Positions 54,138-59,375 of a DNA stretch of 59,375 nucleotides are shown here, piece by piece; position 1 is the stretch's first letter; the number at the start of each line of letters is the position of its first letter. The stretch covers positions 126,031,962 to 126,091,336 of the forward strand of contig NC_068985.1 of assembly GCF_001194135.2 (NCBI RefSeq). The letters run 5' to 3'. This stretch comes from Octopus bimaculoides (taxonomy: Eukaryota). Both the position numbers and the translations under genes were made by a program. The notes beneath the pieces were generated by a model that saw only the letters and a list, made by a program, of their open reading frames with translations, did no database searches and had not been told where the DNA came from.

Positions 54138-54170
54138 AACAAAGACCCTCCAGCCTTCATCAGATGTCTT
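54138..54170 (-). ncRNA. Hammerhead ribozyme remnant (5' half), left arm
   Basis: Minus strand AAGACAT-CTGATGA-AGGCTG-GAGGGT; the 3' strand of stem II and the GAAA segment are deleted. Confidence 0.55.
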
Positions 54171-54235
54171 GAGGATATTCCGAACCTGAGTTTTCATTCC
54201 TAAAGTACTTTTCGATGTCATTATTATGATTATTC

Positions 54236-54307
54236 AGGTCCCTGCTTGTAATCGAACTCGGAACCTTGGGGTTAGTAGCCCGCACTCTTAACCACTACGC
54301 CATATGC
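54236..54307 (-). promoter_or_regulatory. tRNA-like Pol III type-2 promoter remnant, left arm
   Basis: TGGCGTAGTGG (A box), an anticodon-arm-like CGGG-CTACTAA-CCCC and GAGTTCGATT (B box). The acceptor stem is not intact. Confidence 0.65.
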
Positions 54308-54575
54308 ATGTGGACAATTATGGAGTGAATTTTAGGGCTTATAAATCTAATATTTTCTTATCCTTCCTTAATACCGGTTCCCATATGCTATTCATATTTG
54401 CACTCGGTCTGCTTAGGAAAATACGAAAACTAAAAGAAGCAGCACATATGCTAAGACACAACAACCTCCTAAGCAGACCGAGTGCAGATATGAATAGCAT
54501 ATGGGAAACCGTATTAAGGAAGGATAGGAAAATATTAGATTTATAAGCCCTAAAATTCATTTCGTAATTGTCTAC

Positions 54576-54642
54576 GGGCATATGGTGTAGTAGTTCAGAG
54601 CGCGGGCTACTAACCCCAAAATTCAGAGTTCGTTTCCAGGCA
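54576..54642 (+). promoter_or_regulatory. tRNA-like Pol III type-2 promoter remnant, right arm
   Basis: TGGTGTAGTAGTTCAGAGCGCGGGCTACTAACCCC...GAGTTCGTTTCC, a mirror of 54236-54307. Confidence 0.6.
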
Positions 54643-54644
54643 TA

Positions 54645-55020
54645 TACTCTTTTACTTGTTTCAGTCATTTGACTGCGGCCATGCTGGAGCACCGCCTTTA
54701 GTCGAGCAAATCGACCCCAGGACTTATTCTTTGTAATCCTAGTACTTATTTTATCGGTCTCTTTTGCCGAACCGCTAAGTTACGAGGACGTAAACACACC
54801 AACATCGGTTGTCAAGCGATGTTGAGGGGACAAACACAGACACACAAACATACACACACACATATACATATATACGACGGGCTTCTTTCAGTTTCCGTCT
54901 ACCAAATCCACTCACAAGGCTTTGGTTGGCCCGATGCTATAGTAGAAGACACATGCCCAATGTGCCACGCAGTGGGACTGAACCCGGAACCATGTGGTTG
55001 TTAAGCAAGCTATTTACCAC
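54645..55020 (-). mobile_element. SINE family A, near full length, inserted in the right arm of the Penelope fold-back
   Basis: Collinear with 12726-13065. Minus-strand head ...CTTAACAACCACATGGTTCCGGGTTCAGTCCCACTGCGTGGCAC. Confidence 0.92.
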
Positions 55021-55053
55021 CTTAGGAATGAGAACCCAGATTCGAAACTTCTC

Positions 55054-55094
55054 CTGATGAAGGCTGGAGGGCATATCAGCTGAAATGTTGTGTT
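55054..55094 (+). ncRNA. Minimal type-I hammerhead ribozyme (degenerate), right arm
   Basis: CTGATGA-A-GGCTG-GAGGGCATAT-CAGCT-GAAAT-GTT-GTGTT contains the CUGAUGA and GAAA core and stem II. The 5' strand of stem I (AAGACA(T/C), present in the left arm) is missing here. Confidence 0.7.
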
Positions 55095-55936
55095 AACAAC
55101 AAACAAGATGAGGACAAATATCTGTCAAATGTAAATAATGTACATAATTCCTCATCTCTTAAATATAGAACTGTATTTCAAGCTTTGTCATCCACCGCGC
55201 AATAATGATAATAGCATTCTTAATGCAACATGAAACCCTAGAATGCTAAAGACTAAGAAACGGGAGAAATATCGAATAAATATAGCTGAAATTAAATAAA
55301 AATCAAAAATAAATAGGAACAATTATTCAAATATTTCTTAATCAAAGGACTATTGAAATGCGAAAAATTAATTCATCTAATTTCAAGAGTTGTTCAATAT
55401 CTGCTTTAACAAGCAACATTGTAATGCTGCAATAAGGAAAACCATAAATTTTTGTAAAAAATCAAACATTTTATATTCTTTATAATAATTAAAATAGGTG
55501 GTTGACTTTGTTATTGTTTGTACTATTATTTTTATTTGTCGGTATTTAAAGTTTGAATTTATGACGAGGTTTCGGATCATACTGTTTTTCTTTACCTTCT
55601 TTTCCCTAAACAGCACAGCTAATGTTGGTGGGAATGGCATAAACATTACAAATTTGTTACTTTCTTTCCAAGTACATAACCAACATATTAGTTTAATAAA
55701 TGAATTCTACATTAAGGTTAGTGCAACGCAATATATAAAGCGCAGGTCGAAACTAAGTAAACAACAATATTCGGAGCTCCAATGCCGCATGTCTTGATTT
55801 CCTTTTACATCTATATATAAACACACACACACACATACACACACATACACACACACACCACAGATATACATATATGTATACATAGATACATATATATATA
55901 CATGCATGTTTGTATATATACTTACAAATATGTACA

Positions 55937-56014
<78 letters not shown>

Positions 56015-56074
56015 TATGCGTATATATACTTATACGTAGTCCTTACCTAGCAGGTACTAAGTTATGGTTAATAG

Positions 56075-56448
56075 ACGAAGAAGTGGCTGTGTGGTTAAGG
56101 AACTCGCTTCACAATCATATACCTGCGGCTCCATCGCACTGCGCCGCACCGTAGACGAGTGTCTTCTACTATAGACTCGAGCCGACCGATGCCTTGTGAC
56201 TGACTTGGTAGCGGGGAGCTGTATGAAAGTCCGTCGTACATGTATATGTATTTTAGTATCTGTTTTTGTCCCATGCTCTCTGCTTGACAACCGGTGACTG
56301 TTTGTTTACGTCCCCGTAAACTAGCTGCTCGGCAAATGAGACCAATAAGACTTAAAAACAAATAGTGGGGTCGATTTGATCGACTAAAGCCCTTCAAGGC
56401 GGTGCACTAGCATGGCCGTAATCCAATGACTGACAAAAGTAAAAGATA
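56075..56448 (+). mobile_element. SINE family A, diverged full-length copy
   Basis: Head GTGGCTGTGTGGTTAAG, body GTCTTCTACTATAG..CG.GCCGACC, tail ...AAAAGTAAAAGATA. Confidence 0.85.
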
Positions 56449-58014
56449 TTTGAATAAAAACTGATGGTAATAGAAAAACAACTAACGTATTTTGCCTATA
56501 TAAAAGATCAATAGTGTTAGAGTTGTAAGGTTGTAAGAAATTTTAGATATTTAATTCCGGCATTGTAACTCTCGAATTCTCCGTTAAAACAGTGGAAAAT
56601 TTCTAGTATTTCCTGATGTGTAAACAAATACATCGAGCAGCAAAGCTTCTCCATACAAACGAGATCCAATGAAATCTTTTCCTAATATGTTATCCCATCT
56701 TTTCTTACACTCTAGAATTCTCGTAATGTAATCTAATCAGATGCATACTTCGATTATCAAATATTTAGAATTTAAAAACGGTAAAATATGGAAATATTAG
56801 AAATGCATCAAAGGATCCAATTTCATTCCTTCAGAATCTATAAATTACGAAGCAGTTTTATTGCTGCATAACCCACTGCATCAATGACATATCAATGAAG
56901 ATTTCTTCATGAAACGTATCTTCGAACAAGGCAGCAACACGGACCCGACCACTTAGCAAGGAATATTTACAAAGAGACTTAACCTCAGCACTATAAGTTA
57001 GTGAATTATTATCAGTCAGTATGACAAGCTTTATCTTTAATATTTCATATATGGTAATGTTCTGGGATTTTGACTTAAAGGTTATGATTTGTAACTAAGT
57101 GAAGACACTGTATTACGGAGATATTTTCATCCAAGTAAAAACTCTTAGTCAACAAACTGCAGAAGACAAATCAATAGCACAATGTTGTACTCCACTAACA
57201 GTGGAAACCGCCATTAGGCTTCGTTCAAAACTGAGAACTTATAATGTTAAAAAATTCTCTTGAAAGCTACGACAAATTTAGAAAGACAAGATCCTATTTG
57301 AAAAAAGATAAGGTAAGATAAGCAAATCTACATGTAAGCTTAAATGCAAACATAAATATGTGCATATGCATACACCTGAAGACCTGCAGACACGAAGATA
57401 GATATGTGTGCATATATATCATATATGAGTGCATATATATATATATATATCAGTACAAACATATATACGGTTATGCATACGTACATCTATACAAATATGA
57501 GAACATGTGATTGCGGGCATACATGCGTTTAGACATACAGATATACCCGTTGAAGTTTTCTCCATTCTAATTTTAATAAAGCTTGTTTCTAAGTTATGAA
57601 GCAGCTCTTTCTCTAAAAAGAATTCGAAAAAATAAGTCAGAGCATGCATGCGTGCATACATACATACATACATACATACATACATACATACATACATACA
57701 TACATACGTACGTACGTACGTATCGGATTCAACTTTGGCACAAAGTCAGCAATTTTGTGAAAGGGGTAAGTTTATTATCAACCAAACAGCTATTCTTTAT
57801 CAGCACAGAATAGATGTTTGGTTAGGTGGCGTTGCTGGATTTCCGTTCGAAAATATAAAAGGGACACACAGTACTGATCTAATAAATAAAAACATTATTG
57901 TTTCTAAATTTTCTCAAAGAGAGATATTCAGTAACAGTTCTTTAAAGTAAAGATTATTTACAACATAATGCGGCTGTCCTGAATAGGACGATTGTTACAG
58001 CCCCAGGATGATAT

Positions 58015-58081
<67 letters not shown>

Positions 58082-58082
<1 letters not shown>

Positions 58083-58310
58083 GGGAGAATTCACAAAAAG
58101 CAAAAGACGAAGACAGGTGGTGTAGAAAACAAACAGATGTATTAGTATAACGCTCGGGAATTAAAAAGTCTTTAACGTTTTGAGCCTACGCTCTTCCACA
58201 GAAAGGAACACAGAAAGAAGCAAGAAAAGAAAAACAATGTGTGTAGTGGCTAGCGATCTACCATATATATATCTACCATATATATCTACCATATATATCT
58301 ACCATATATA
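58082..58310. mobile_element. ~180-bp non-coding (TA)n-flanked element with a hammerhead-like motif (putative non-autonomous PLE or retrozyme-like)
   Basis: Bounded by (TA)n on both sides. Its terminus recurs at 9-85 and, inverted and diverged, at 59287-59354. Hammerhead-like fold on the minus strand at 58170-58205. Confidence 0.65.
58170..58205 (-). ncRNA. Variant minimal hammerhead ribozyme (degenerate)
   Basis: CTTT-CTGTGGA-A-GAGC-GTAG-GCTC-AAAAC-GTT-AAAG: stems I and II pair and the AACGTT palindrome is present. The core deviates at A6 and G12. Confidence 0.5.
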
Positions 58311-58596
58311 TATATATATATAATTGACTAAAATGAACTTTAAGAGTGACATGTGTCGCATAAAGCTAAAAATTCTAAGTTTACATATAGTTCATATATA
58401 ATTGTGATCAACAGGTGCTTCATTAAGATAAACATCCTTATATGTATAATTACATAATTGGGGTAGATGATTACTTTAAATCAATTATTTGAAATTAAAC
58501 AAAAAATGTGTTACCTTAAGTCAAGAATGACTTGGGGTAAGTATTATTTTATCAAAAGACCGTATACACACGCACGCACACATACACACACATACA

Positions 58597-58651
<55 letters not shown>

Positions 58652-58726
58652 AACATCTAGTAATCAGATTCTTGAGAAAAGGAATTCAGTTTAAATAATA
58701 CACACACACACACATACACACACACG

Positions 58727-58821
<95 letters not shown>

Positions 58822-58981
58822 CAGTAATATGTATCGACACATCGATATGGCTGTGCGACGTTACTACCGTTCTAACCCCAGGCAGGTCCTCCACCAGCTG
58901 GTTACCGGTGCAACCTGCATCCTGTATATATATAGTAAACAGGGGAGCGAACCCCCACCATCCTTTAGCAGACGATGGGAT

Positions 58982-59020
58982 CACAAGACCGAACGGTTTC
59001 GGGCTACTTTTTCAGTCGTG
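58982..59020 (-). ncRNA. Type-I hammerhead ribozyme (degenerate)
   Basis: CACGA-CTGAAAA-AGTAGCCC-GAAAC-CGTTCG-GTC-TTGTG: stem I CACGA/TTGTG, stem III ACCG/CGGT and a GUC cleavage triplet. G8 and the first stem II base read A. Confidence 0.65.
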
Positions 59021-59286
59021 AACACCCGACTATTAGAAATAGTAGGGATTCGCTTCAGCTCGCGATATATAGAAAAATAAGCGACCAAACAAAGTAGCTA
59101 GTTAGAAAACATTATCAGCGATACATATTTAGAGTATATGTTACATGTATTTGGCGTAAGCTGCGATATGGCGCGGTGGAGGATACACAGGTATTTAACA
59201 CAATGCATTTTGGGAAAGTGTTCTCCGCTGCTCTAGTTGCAGCCTACTGGCAAATACACGTGGCACATGCGTTAAGTATGTATATA

Positions 59287-59354
59287 TACTAATATATACT
59301 TTTGTTATTTACACCACCTGTCCTCGTCTGTTGTTATTTTTTGTATATTCTCCC
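59287..59354 (-). repeat. Diverged terminus related to 58082-58150 and 9-85
   Basis: Minus strand GGGAGAATATACAAAAAATAACAACAGACGAGGACAGGTGGTGTAAATAACAAAAG...ATTAGTATA, preceded by (TA)n. Confidence 0.8.
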
Positions 59355-59375
59355 ATATATATATATATATATATA

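Larger units (their letters stand above)
54096..55174. mobile_element. Penelope-like element 3' end in inverted (fold-back) configuration with a 10-12 bp TSD
   Basis: ATTTCAAGCTTT at 54084-54095 and 55175-55186. Inverted arms 54096-54418 and 54467-55140. The centre encodes RKIRKLKEAAHMLRHNNLLSRPSADMNSIWETVLRKDRKILDL*, resembling a Penelope GIY-YIG C-terminus. The right end has a ~35-nt extra tail. Confidence 0.8.

Noticed and set aside
54236-54642. Functional tRNA genes
   Set aside because: Acceptor and T stems do not pair and the segments are embedded in a mobile element; recorded as promoter-like remnants only.

Overview
Repeat-rich animal genomic DNA from a gapped short-read scaffold: about 15 N-runs, most flanked by (TA)n, (CA)n, (GA)n, (GATA)n or (AAT)n microsatellites, and both window ends lie in (TA)n. 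The tRNA-derived SINE families and Tx1-type ORF2 tails resemble repeats I recall from octopod cephalopods, so the taxon is an inference. I found no intact host gene, rRNA, genuine tRNA or CRISPR array. Nearly all of the ORF track is microsatellite or gap artefact. Recognisable content is decayed mobile DNA: a Tc1 remnant, a complete TIR-bounded mariner nested in a SINE, two Dong/R4-type LINE pieces, two Tx1/L1 ORF2 3' ends, a Neptune-like Penelope element (RT + GIY-YIG), a MITE and many SINEs. The most interesting structures are three. (1) A ~1.08-kb fold-back Penelope end bounded by a 10-12 bp TSD, in which each arm carries a tRNA-like Pol III promoter upstream of a minimal hammerhead ribozyme (54.1-55.2 kb). 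(2) Two further short (TA)n-flanked hammerhead-like elements at 58.1 and 59.0 kb; the terminus of the first recurs at both window ends. (3) A ~2.3-kb retroelement with a 15-bp TSD and a CCHC-knuckle ORF1 but no ORF2, inserted into a SINE (13.07-15.34 kb). A few unique-sequence islands carry splice-like signals and may be exons, but none could be assigned to a gene.
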